DNA from: Myxococcales bacterium
GTDB lineage: Bacteria > Myxococcota_A > UBA9042 > JABWCM01 > BTVJ01
Direction of reading: 5' to 3'
Length of the DNA: 64,000 bases
NCBI GenBank assembly: GCA_045863395.1
Contig: BTVJ01000028.1
Span: 27,190 to 91,189, forward strand
A model generated the notes under the pieces. The model was not told the DNA's origin. It made no database searches and worked only from the letters and a program-made list of their open reading frames with translations. Shown here piece by piece: positions 27,564-35,707 of this stretch. A program made the position numbers and the translations under genes. Position 1 is the stretch's first letter; every line of letters begins with the position of its first letter.

Positions 27564-28256
27564 TCAGCGCAGGTGCAGCACCGCGATGGCGTCCAGGTCG
27601 AAGCCGGCGCTGGGCGGGGCCTTCACCGTGGTCAGATCGCGGATGCGCACGAAGCGGGCCTCGGTGAGCCCGACATCCGCGAGATCGAAGGGGTCGCCAC
27701 CGATGATCGTCGGGTCGGGCGGGAGGCTCCCGGCCGCGTCGAAGGGCTCCACGGGGCGCCAGCCGGCGCAGCCGGGCCAGGGGGGACCGGAGTCGGGATC
27801 GCAGGGAAACGCCACCCAGCTCTTGCCGTCCGAACTCACCGAGACCTCACCCAGCTCCACGAAGGGGTGGTCCGGGTCACCGCCCGCGAAGAACGCGTTC
27901 TCGAAGACGATGAGGTCGGGGCCCGGGCCGTCGGCGACAACCCGGTCTCCAAAGCCCATGACCACGGAGCCCCCCGCGCCCAGCGAGAGCACGTCCAGGG
28001 ACTGCGCGCTCGCGCCGCCGCCCTTGGGTGGGCCGAGGACCACGTCGGGCAGCTTGGCCTGCCCGAAGCCGGCGCCGGGGCCGGGCTCGAAGGCGACCAC
28101 CTCCGAGGCGTAGGTCTCTTCGACCGTCGCCGGGTGGCGCCAGGAGGCTGCCGCGTCCGGGTCCGGCGCTCCCCCGTCGACTCCGGCGGCGCCGGGGTCC
28201 ACGGCACAGGCAGCCAGCGCGAGCGCCCCGCCCAGCGCGCAGGCGCGCCTAGTCAC
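27564..28256 (-). CDS. Cell-surface lipoprotein, BtuH-like putative cobalamin-binding domain
   Basis: Lipobox ALAAC; LSLGAGGSVVMGF, GPDLIVFENAF, ELGEVSVS, GGDPFDL, GFDLDAI; downstream of a B12 riboswitch. Confidence 0.65.
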   Translation of the reverse strand: MTRRACALGGALALAACAVDPGAAGVDGGAPDPDAAASWRHPATVEETYASEVVAFEPGPGAGFGQAKLPDVVLGPPKGGGASAQSLDVLSLGAGGSVVMGFGDRVVADGPGPDLIVFENAFFAGGDPDHPFVELGEVSVSSDGKSWVAFPCDPDSGPPWPGCAGWRPVEPFDAAGSLPPDPTIIGGDPFDLADVGLTEARFVRIRDLTTVKAPPSAGFDLDAIAVLHLR

Positions 28257-29577
28257 CTGCGTCCCCGACCACCAGCGTCCCCGCGTCGTGCACCAGCGCC
28301 CACCGGTCCGTGCCAGGGAGGGGGGTCGCCAGCCGGAACTGGGGCCCCACGGTGAGGGCGGTGGCTGGGCCCGCAGTGGCCCCGTCCTCCGTCACCGTGA
28401 GCGGAATGAGCTGGAAGCCCGCGATCTGGTAGGACTCGTCGTAGGTCTTGGCCAGGACGTGGCCGTCCGGGGTGAACGCGAAGTCGCCGGGGATGTCGAC
28501 GCTCGGGGCCGCTGCAAACACATCGACGGGCGTGTCTGTAGACGCGGCGGCGAGCAGCGCCTCCACGGAGAGCCCGTAGACCCGGTTGCCCTCCGATCCG
28601 TCCGGCCACGTCGTGCCGAAGCCTGCGAAGCCGCCAGCGAGGACGAGGTCGCCGTGGACCGCCACGTCGCCGCTCGCCGTGCCCAGGTTCGTCGCCACCA
28701 GGGTCGCGGACGGTCCCCCGGGACCAAGCTCCACCAGGTAGAGCCCCTGCCCGAGCTCGACCCCGGCGGCCCCGAGGCCGTTGACGAGCAGGCGGTCCTC
28801 GTCGAGGAAGGCCACGGCGTAGTTGCCCGGCGCGTCGAGCGCGGCAGGGTCGCCCGGAACGAGGTCGCCCACGACGACGGAGCCCGGGAAGTCCGCGCCC
28901 ATCGTGGAGTAGCCCCAGGCGGCGCGCGTGAAGGTGGGATCGGTCTCCAGGTAGCCGCCCGGGAAGACCTCGAAGGCGGCGAGGCTCCCGTCCACGTCCA
29001 CGGTGGACAGCAGGGCCGGAGGCTGGCCGTCGAAGGACCGGCGGTGAAGCGCGAAGCGCGCCTTGCCCGCCTCGTCGGCTGCGCTCAGCGCCAGCGCGCC
29101 TTCGTTCGGGAGCCCGGCCAGGGCGACCAGGGCGGTGGTGTCGTCGCAGTGGTTGGAGAGGACGACGAGGCCAGCGCCGAGCGCGGCCTCCAGCGTGGCG
29201 GGGTCGGCGCCACAGGAGGCGACGCAGGCGCCGGCGACGCACGCCTGGTCACCGCACCCGCCGGGGCACGCGCCGACCGGCCCCGAGTCCGCGGAGCCGT
29301 CCGTGCCCTGAGTGGTGTCCACCGTGCCTCCGCCGCTGTCCGTGGCGGCGTCCGTGGTCCCGGTGGCGTCGCCCCCGCCTGTCCCGACGTCTGCCTCTGC
29401 GCCGGTGTCCGCCCCAACGCCTCCACCGGGACCCGCGTCGGCCCCCTGCGCCACGTCCGCGCCCGCACCCCCGGCCGCGTCCGTCCCCTCGCTGTCCGAC
29501 TCACACGCCACCGCGGCCACGGCCACGGCGAGCAGCACCGCCGGCCCCCTCCGGGCCAGCCACACTCGTCGCTTCAT
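28249..29577 (-). CDS. Riboswitch-controlled lipoprotein, probable beta-propeller
   Basis: Lipobox AAVAC, D/G/A/T linker, short Cys motif, beta-rich repeats; RBS GGAGGA; first gene after the riboswitch. Confidence 0.75.
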   Translation of the reverse strand: MKRRVWLARRGPAVLLAVAVAAVACESDSEGTDAAGGAGADVAQGADAGPGGGVGADTGAEADVGTGGGDATGTTDAATDSGGGTVDTTQGTDGSADSGPVGACPGGCGDQACVAGACVASCGADPATLEAALGAGLVVLSNHCDDTTALVALAGLPNEGALALSAADEAGKARFALHRRSFDGQPPALLSTVDVDGSLAAFEVFPGGYLETDPTFTRAAWGYSTMGADFPGSVVVGDLVPGDPAALDAPGNYAVAFLDEDRLLVNGLGAAGVELGQGLYLVELGPGGPSATLVATNLGTASGDVAVHGDLVLAGGFAGFGTTWPDGSEGNRVYGLSVEALLAAASTDTPVDVFAAAPSVDIPGDFAFTPDGHVLAKTYDESYQIAGFQLIPLTVTEDGATAGPATALTVGPQFRLATPLPGTDRWALVHDAGTLVVGDAGD

Positions 29578-29711
29578 GATGTCCTCCGTGGCTTCGGGGC
29601 GGGGCGGACGCCTGCAAGGCGCGCGCACCGATGCCTCCGACCCGAAGCATCTGCTGGTGCTCTCCCGCCCATCGCGAGGGCAGGAGCGCGGCAAACCGTT
29701 CGCCGCAGTCG

Positions 29712-30056
29712 ACGCGCGCAGTATCCTGGCTTCCGGATCACCCTCCCTCGGGCCTTCCCAGCGGCCTGGCCGCCAGTGGCTTGGGTGGGTGTAGCCAGAT
29801 TGCCCCGTCGCGAGCGCGTGGACGCGCCCGCATGGCAAGGAGCGGGGTTCCCGACGAGGGGGCGCGTACTCGTGGTACTCGTTCCCTCGTCGGGATGCCC
29901 GCGACGCTGCCAGGCGGGATGCGTCCGCGCGCGCAGCAGGGGCAATCTGGCCACACCCACCCAGTCCGAGTTCGTCACCGGATACAGTTGCGGGGGCAGC
30001 GCCGGCCTCACACCGGCTTCCTGCTGCGTCGCGGGGGCACGTACCACGCTCCATGA
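29712..30056 (-). ncRNA. Cobalamin (B12) riboswitch with very long internal hairpin
   Basis: Minus strand reads AGGAAGCCGGTGTGAGGCCGGCGCTGCCCCCGCAACTGT ... GCCACTGG ... TGGGAAGG ... AAGCCAGGATACTGC (B12 box). Confidence 0.92.
29782..29963. repeat. 182-nt imperfect inverted repeat inside the riboswitch
   Basis: 25-nt terminal arms with 1 mismatch; inner CCCGACGAGGG/CCCTCGTCGGG pair. Confidence 0.9.
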
Positions 30057-30155
30057 CGCAGGTCAAGCACCCGCACGGGACCCTGGATGAGGGCTGGCGA
30101 GCCCCTCGCCCTCGTGATAGGCTCGCGCCGCAGCGGACCCCGAGAGGAGTGGATC

Positions 30156-31727
30156 ATGAAGAAGAGCTTGATGTTCGCGGTGTTGGCCCTGGTGATGGGC
30201 GCGTGCGCCGACGAGACGCAGGACGCCGGGCAGAGCGAGCTGGCCGAGGTCGTCGCCCCTGGCAAGCAGGACAACTACGTCTCGCCCACCTCCAAGGAGT
30301 TCAACCTGTGGGGCATCGGCGAGCTCAGCCTCGAGCCGTCGTGGAAGGACAAGACCTTCCAGGAGCGGGAGGCCCACGTGCAGGACCTGCTCGGGGCCCG
30401 CTTCAAGGCCTACTCGCACTTCATCAATGTCTACCTCACCGACAAGACCTCCCACGACGCCAACCACGGCTACGGCGGGTTCTCGGGCTGGGTCCGGTCG
30501 AGCAGCCTCGACTGGATCCGGGAGCCCGTGGACGAGGACGGCATGGCCTGGGCCTTCATCTGGGAGCTCCAGATCGGGGCGCCGCGCAACCTGATGGACC
30601 GCCTCCCCATCGAGGTCCGCGAGGACGGCGACGTCTACTTCGTGGTCAAGATGCCCAAGCTGAGCGAGTCGGCGCTGCTGGCCGGCAGCTACCCCAAGGA
30701 CTTCGACCCCTCCAAGCACACGGGGGAGCTGGAGGACCTGGAGGTCGTGGTGGAGCCGGCCCCCGAGAGCCACGACGCGTGGCCAGACTACCGCGGCATG
30801 TTCGACGACGGCCGGCTGGAGGTGCTCATCGTCGTCGGCGGCGACTACAACGAGCAGCGCTACGACGCCCAGGCCGCCGAGCAGATCTTCAAGTGGCTGA
30901 AGGGCGCGGGCTTCAAGCACGACGCGAAGTTGCTCGCAGACCTGCGGGTGGACGGCGCCCCGTTCACGCGAACCCTGAAGGCAGGGGGCAAGGACGTGGC
31001 GGTGGAGGTGTCGCTCGTCCACCCCGACATCGTCGAGGACGCCCAGCTCGACCTCTTGCGCCAGCGCATCGTCAAAGGCTTCCAGACCGCGGACGTGGTG
31101 CTCTACGACGGCCACGCGGGGTCGGACCCGGACTACTCGGGGGTCGTCTACCACTACAACCCGCGCAAGGCGATCAGCGCCACCGAGCTCAGCAAGCTGG
31201 AGCTGCCGTCCAAGTACCAAGTCTATGTCTTCAACGGCTGCAAGACGTACAGCACGTACCCGGAGACGGTCTACAAGAACCCCTCGAAGACCACGGCCAA
31301 CCTGGACATCATCTCCACGGTGAGCTTCGCGTGGCTGAACCTCCAGACCTTCACCACCTCGGGCTTCCTGTCGGAGCTGGTGGCGCTGCGCAACGGGACG
31401 CACGATCCGCGCACCTTCGTAGAGATCCTGACCACCATCAACAAGGGCGGGAACTCCAACGTGTACTACGGCGTCCACGGCGTCGACGACAACGCGCACA
31501 TCAATCCCTACGCCGACACGGCGAAGCTCTGCGCGAGCTGCACCAAGGACGCGGACTGCTCCGGCGCCGGCAACCTGTGCGTGCGGTTCTCCTGGGGCGC
31601 GGCGTGCGGCGCCGAGTGCACCGCCAACGACGGGTGCCCCGCCGGCTACGCCTGCACTGAGGTGGCTCTCGGCGGCGCCATCAGCGGTCGCCAGTGCCTT
31701 CCCAAGACCTTGAAGTGCGCCCCCTGA
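30156..31727 (+). CDS. Lipoprotein with putative caspase/gingipain-like (clan CD) His-Cys dyad and Cys-rich tail
   Basis: RBS GAGGAG, lipobox VMGAC; VVLYDGHAG and VYVFNGCKT motifs. Confidence 0.6.
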   Translation: MKKSLMFAVLALVMGACADETQDAGQSELAEVVAPGKQDNYVSPTSKEFNLWGIGELSLEPSWKDKTFQEREAHVQDLLGARFKAYSHFINVYLTDKTSHDANHGYGGFSGWVRSSSLDWIREPVDEDGMAWAFIWELQIGAPRNLMDRLPIEVREDGDVYFVVKMPKLSESALLAGSYPKDFDPSKHTGELEDLEVVVEPAPESHDAWPDYRGMFDDGRLEVLIVVGGDYNEQRYDAQAAEQIFKWLKGAGFKHDAKLLADLRVDGAPFTRTLKAGGKDVAVEVSLVHPDIVEDAQLDLLRQRIVKGFQTADVVLYDGHAGSDPDYSGVVYHYNPRKAISATELSKLELPSKYQVYVFNGCKTYSTYPETVYKNPSKTTANLDIISTVSFAWLNLQTFTTSGFLSELVALRNGTHDPRTFVEILTTINKGGNSNVYYGVHGVDDNAHINPYADTAKLCASCTKDADCSGAGNLCVRFSWGAACGAECTANDGCPAGYACTEVALGGAISGRQCLPKTLKCAP

Positions 31728-33121
31728 CCGCCAAGACGGCCCCTGCGCTGGCCCCTGCGCTGGTCCTTGGGCTGGTCCTTGGGCTGGTCCTTGGGCTGGT
31801 CCTTGGGCTGGGCGGCGCCGCCGTGGCCGACACCCGCCCGGACGTGGCGGTGCAGCTCCTCGGGTGGTCGCCGGACGGCGCCCGCTACGCCTTCGTGCGG
31901 CACCGCACCGCCCACCTGGACGACGGGCGCGTCGAGCGCTCCGAGCGGACGTTCCTGCGGGAGGTCGATGAGGACCTGACGGAGCACACGCTCCCGCTCA
32001 GCGACGAGGAGGTCCGCGCCGAGGTCGCCAAGGAGGGCTTCGTGGTCGCCCCCCTCGCGCGGCGGCAGGCCGGGGAGCTGGCGTGGGTGTTCGTGGACGA
32101 GGCGGGGCACCCCTGGCTCCGCTTCACCGTGGTCGTCGGGGAGCGCCTGTCTTGGGAGCTGGCGACCCGGGGTGCCGACGGGGTCCGCCGCACGCTGGCG
32201 GCGCGCCCCGTCGAGGATCTGTACGTGGACTTCGAGCCCGACGTGTACGTGGCCCCCGGCGGTGGGCGCGCGCTGCTCGTGGTCGGCATGAGGGCCCCGT
32301 ACCGGCACGGCGCCGACATCGCGGTGGTCCCGCTCGCGGCCCCCCCGCCGCCCCCCCAGCTCCCGGTCACGCCCGCGCCGCCCGGCGCCAGAGAGGTGGC
32401 GCTGGAGCCGGGTGACGTGGTCCTGCGCTGGGAGGAGACCGACGCGGTCGTCCCCGTGACGGCGGAGGAGGACCCGGACGTCGCCGCGCTCGAGACGGCC
32501 GTCGCAGCGCCCGCAGAGCCTCGTCCGGAGCCAGCCCCCGGGACCGCCGTCGGCGAGAGTGCTCAAGGGCTCCCCGACCTCCCTCCGGCTGTCGAAGGGG
32601 GCACCCGGGGTCCGGGCGAGACCGTGGATCCTGCCGGCGACCCCCTCGCCCTCCCGCCGCTCGCAGAGGACCCAGACATCCTGCCGCCGTTCCAGGAGCC
32701 GGACGAGCCGCAGCCCGAGTGGGAGCACCCGGAGGTGGAGGTCGCGAAGGGCTCCGCGCCTGCTCCCACCCCCGCGCCCGCCCAGACCCGCCCGACGCCT
32801 GCACGGTCCATCGAGACCACGCCCGCGGTCACGGCGCCCGGCTCGATCACGCTGCTCGGCTTCATCAAGGTGGGAGACATCTACGGGGGCGCCCCCATCG
32901 CAGGCGCCACCGTGACCCTGAGCACGGGGCAGACCGCGACCACCAACGCCAAGGGCCTTTACAAGATCACGGCAGCGCCTGGGACGGTCACCGTGACGGC
33001 GAGCGCCAGAGGCTACGCGACCTGGTCCGAGGACAAGGACCTGGAGCCGGGCGTGGAGAACTGGAAGAGCCTGGCCCTCGTGAAGCCTGGTGAGGCACGG
33101 CCCACGGCTACCCCCCGATGA
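31715..33121 (+). CDS. Secreted protein with Pro/Glu-rich linker and C-terminal carboxypeptidase-regulatory-like (Cna-B type) domain
   Basis: Hydrophobic N-terminus; PIAGATVTL..TTNAKGLY...GTVTVTASARGY; start uncertain (31694, 31715 or 31724). Confidence 0.7.
   Translation: MRPLTAKTAPALAPALVLGLVLGLVLGLVLGLGGAAVADTRPDVAVQLLGWSPDGARYAFVRHRTAHLDDGRVERSERTFLREVDEDLTEHTLPLSDEEVRAEVAKEGFVVAPLARRQAGELAWVFVDEAGHPWLRFTVVVGERLSWELATRGADGVRRTLAARPVEDLYVDFEPDVYVAPGGGRALLVVGMRAPYRHGADIAVVPLAAPPPPPQLPVTPAPPGAREVALEPGDVVLRWEETDAVVPVTAEEDPDVAALETAVAAPAEPRPEPAPGTAVGESAQGLPDLPPAVEGGTRGPGETVDPAGDPLALPPLAEDPDILPPFQEPDEPQPEWEHPEVEVAKGSAPAPTPAPAQTRPTPARSIETTPAVTAPGSITLLGFIKVGDIYGGAPIAGATVTLSTGQTATTNAKGLYKITAAPGTVTVTASARGYATWSEDKDLEPGVENWKSLALVKPGEARPTATPR
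31738..31811 (+). repeat. 12-bp coding tandem repeats (2x GGCCCCTGCGCT, then 4x GCTGGTCCTTGG)
   Basis: Encode APAL-APAL-(VLGL)4 in the signal region. Confidence 0.85.
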
Positions 33122-33641
33122 GGGTGCGCTTGCCGCTCACGGACATGGTCGCCGAGCAGTCGACGACGGCGCCGAGGTAGCGCCGCACCGAGGTGCCCGT
33201 CAGGGTGGCCTGCCCTCCCCCTTGCGACAGCTTCATGGTGCCGCGGGTGACCTCGATGTACTTCACGCCCACCTGCAGGTCGTAGAAGATCCCATAGGTG
33301 AACGAGCCGTCCTGGTCGACGCCGCCCTTGAAGGTGTACGCGCTACCCAGATCGTCGACGGCACGGGTGAGCTCCCCGCCGTTCTGGAGCAGCACCACGT
33401 CCTCGTCGTCCTTCTCGCCCTTCTTGGGCAGCACGTCCCCGGCCAGGTTGAACAGGTCGCAGTTGGTCACCGTGACCGTCGTGTCGAGCACCCACGTGCC
33501 CGAGTACAGGGCCCCTTGGGCGGTCCCGGGAGTGATGGCCTCCACGTCCTGCTCCTCCACCACCTCGCCGCCGGGGATGAGCTGCCCGGCAGAGTCACAC
33601 CCCATCAACACCGCGAACACTCCGATCACCAGCTTCTTCAC
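33108..33641 (-). CDS. Hypothetical lipoprotein
   Basis: GTG start with RBS GGAGGAG; KKLVIGVFAVLMGC lipobox. Confidence 0.75.
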   Translation of the reverse strand: MKKLVIGVFAVLMGCDSAGQLIPGGEVVEEQDVEAITPGTAQGALYSGTWVLDTTVTVTNCDLFNLAGDVLPKKGEKDDEDVVLLQNGGELTRAVDDLGSAYTFKGGVDQDGSFTYGIFYDLQVGVKYIEVTRGTMKLSQGGGQATLTGTSVRRYLGAVVDCSATMSVSGKRTLIGG

Positions 33642-33667
33642 GTCTCCTCCTCTTGGACGGGCGGCCA

Positions 33668-34372
33668 TCAAACGGCCTCCCGGCGTCGCACAGTCAAGTT
33701 CTCGATGGGATTCTCGTAGTCGCGCCCCTGGAAGATGCGCTTGACGAAGACTCCCGGCAGGTGGATGTCGTCCGGGCCGAGCGCCCCGAGCGGCACAAGC
33801 TCCTCCACCTCGGCGATCGTCACCTTTGCGGCCATCGCCATCAGCGGGCTGAAGTTGCGCGCGGTGCCGTAGAAGCGGAGGTTTCCGAAGGGGTCTCCGG
33901 CGCGGGCGCGGATGATGGCGAAGTCGGCCGTCAGGGGCCGCTCGAAGATCATGCGCTTTCCGTCGATGACCCGCTCCTCCTTGCCCTCGGCGACCACGGT
34001 GCCCACCCCCGTCGGCGTGAAGAACCCGCCCAGCCCCGCGCCCCCCGCCCGCATGCGCTCGGCGAGGGTGCCCTGGGGGTTGAGCTCCACCTCGACCTCT
34101 CCCGCGAGCATCTGGGCCTGGAGGTCCGGGTTGCCGCCGATGTAGCTGGCGATGACCTTGCGCACCTGGCGGGTCTTCAAGAGCGCGGCGAGTCCCCGCC
34201 CCTGGTTGCCGCAGTTGTTGCTGACCAGGGTCAGGTCGCGGGTCCCGAGCTCCAGGATGGCCCGGATGCAGTTCTCCGCGTTGCCGCACAGCCCGAAACC
34301 ACCCGACATGACGCTGGCGCCGTCCCGCAGGTCATGGAGCGCCGCTCGCGCGTCCGCGTACACCTTGTTCAT
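33668..34372 (-). CDS. scoA: 3-oxoacid CoA-transferase subunit A
   Basis: GGFGLCG, SNNCG, PQGTLAERMRAGGAG, FFTPTGVGT, TARNFSPLMA. Confidence 0.9.
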   Translation of the reverse strand: MNKVYADARAALHDLRDGASVMSGGFGLCGNAENCIRAILELGTRDLTLVSNNCGNQGRGLAALLKTRQVRKVIASYIGGNPDLQAQMLAGEVEVELNPQGTLAERMRAGGAGLGGFFTPTGVGTVVAEGKEERVIDGKRMIFERPLTADFAIIRARAGDPFGNLRFYGTARNFSPLMAMAAKVTIAEVEELVPLGALGPDDIHLPGVFVKRIFQGRDYENPIENLTVRRREAV

Positions 34373-35691
34373 GAGCCGAACACCTCCGACAGGGCGTCAT
34401 CGATGAGCGCGATGCCCTCCCGCAGCTCCGCCTCGGTGATGCAGAGCGGGGGGGCGAGGAAGACGAAGTTGCCCTTCACCAGCATGTGGACCCGACGCGC
34501 CTTCAGGGCCTTCTTGAGCGCCGCCATGGGCGTGCCCGCCTCCGGGGAGTGGAGCGGCACGAAGGGCTCCCGGGTCGCGCGGTCCTTCACCAACTCCAGT
34601 GTCCCGAGCAGCCCGATGACCCGGGCGTCGCCGATCACGTCCCACTTCTCGTGGAGGCGCGCCCACTCGTCACGAACCACGGACTCCAGGGCTGCGGCGC
34701 GCTCGACGAGCCCGTCCTCCTGATAGACCCGGATGGCGGCGACCGATGCGGCGCAGGAGACGGGGTGTGCGTAACTGGTCAGCCCCGCCCAGAGGGTGCG
34801 TTCCTGGAAGTATCGGGCGATGGCCGGGCTCACGGCCGTGACTCCCAAGGGGGCGTATCCGCCCGTGACCCCCTTGCCCATGGTCAGCAGATCCGGCACC
34901 ACCCCCCAGTGATCGACGGCGAACCAGCGCCCGGTGCGCCCGAAGCCGGTGAGCACCTCGTCCGCCACGAGCAGGATGCCGTGCCGGTCGCAGATCTCCC
35001 GGATGCGGGGCCAGTAGCTCGGCGGGGGCACGAAGCCGCCGTTGGCGCCAGTGACGCCCTCCATGAACACGGCGGCGATGGTGGTCGGGCCCTCCAGCTC
35101 GATGACCCGCTCCAGGTGCTCGGCGCAGGCGAGGCCGCAGCAGTCGGGGGTGCGCCCGAAGGGGCAGCGGTAGCAGTACGGGTCCTCGGCGCGCACGACC
35201 CCCCACAGGCCCGGCTCCACCGGGAGGCGCCGGGGATCGCCCGTCAGGGACAGGGCGCCCATGCTCGCTCCGTGGTAGCTCCGGCGCCGCGCCACCACCT
35301 TGAGCCGGCCCGTCACCATGCGGGCGATCTTGTAGGCGTTCTCGTTGGCCTCCGCGCCTGACAGCCCGAGGAAGAAGTGCTGCATGTCGCCGGGCGTTAT
35401 GGCGGCGAGCTGCTCCCCCAGCGCCGCCTTCGCCTCGAACAGGGCGGCGGGGTGCGCACAGGCCAGCTCGCGCGCCTGCCGCGCGATCGCCTCGCTGATT
35501 CGCTCCTCCCCGTGGCCCACGTTGCAGTTCCAGACCTGGCTCTCGAAGTCGAGCCAGCGGTCACCGGCGTGGTCCCAGAACACGGCCCCGCGCCCGTGCG
35601 AGATGGACACGGGGCTCGCCGCCGCCTGAGCGGTCCAGGTATAGAGGATGTGCGCGCGCTGGCGCTCCTCCAGGGTCTTCGCGGCTGTCAC
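34369..35691 (-). CDS. Class III PLP aminotransferase
   Basis: SGAEANE, SYHG, ADEVLTGFGRTG, PDLLTMGKG. Confidence 0.95.
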   Translation of the reverse strand: MTAAKTLEERQRAHILYTWTAQAAASPVSISHGRGAVFWDHAGDRWLDFESQVWNCNVGHGEERISEAIARQARELACAHPAALFEAKAALGEQLAAITPGDMQHFFLGLSGAEANENAYKIARMVTGRLKVVARRRSYHGASMGALSLTGDPRRLPVEPGLWGVVRAEDPYCYRCPFGRTPDCCGLACAEHLERVIELEGPTTIAAVFMEGVTGANGGFVPPPSYWPRIREICDRHGILLVADEVLTGFGRTGRWFAVDHWGVVPDLLTMGKGVTGGYAPLGVTAVSPAIARYFQERTLWAGLTSYAHPVSCAASVAAIRVYQEDGLVERAAALESVVRDEWARLHEKWDVIGDARVIGLLGTLELVKDRATREPFVPLHSPEAGTPMAALKKALKARRVHMLVKGNFVFLAPPLCITEAELREGIALIDDALSEVFGS

Positions 35692-35707
35692 GGAGACACC
35701 CCCAAGT

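Noticed and set aside
29578..30066. N-terminal extension of the lipoprotein ORF to 605 aa
   Set aside because: This region is the riboswitch leader; the RBS and signal peptide begin at 29577
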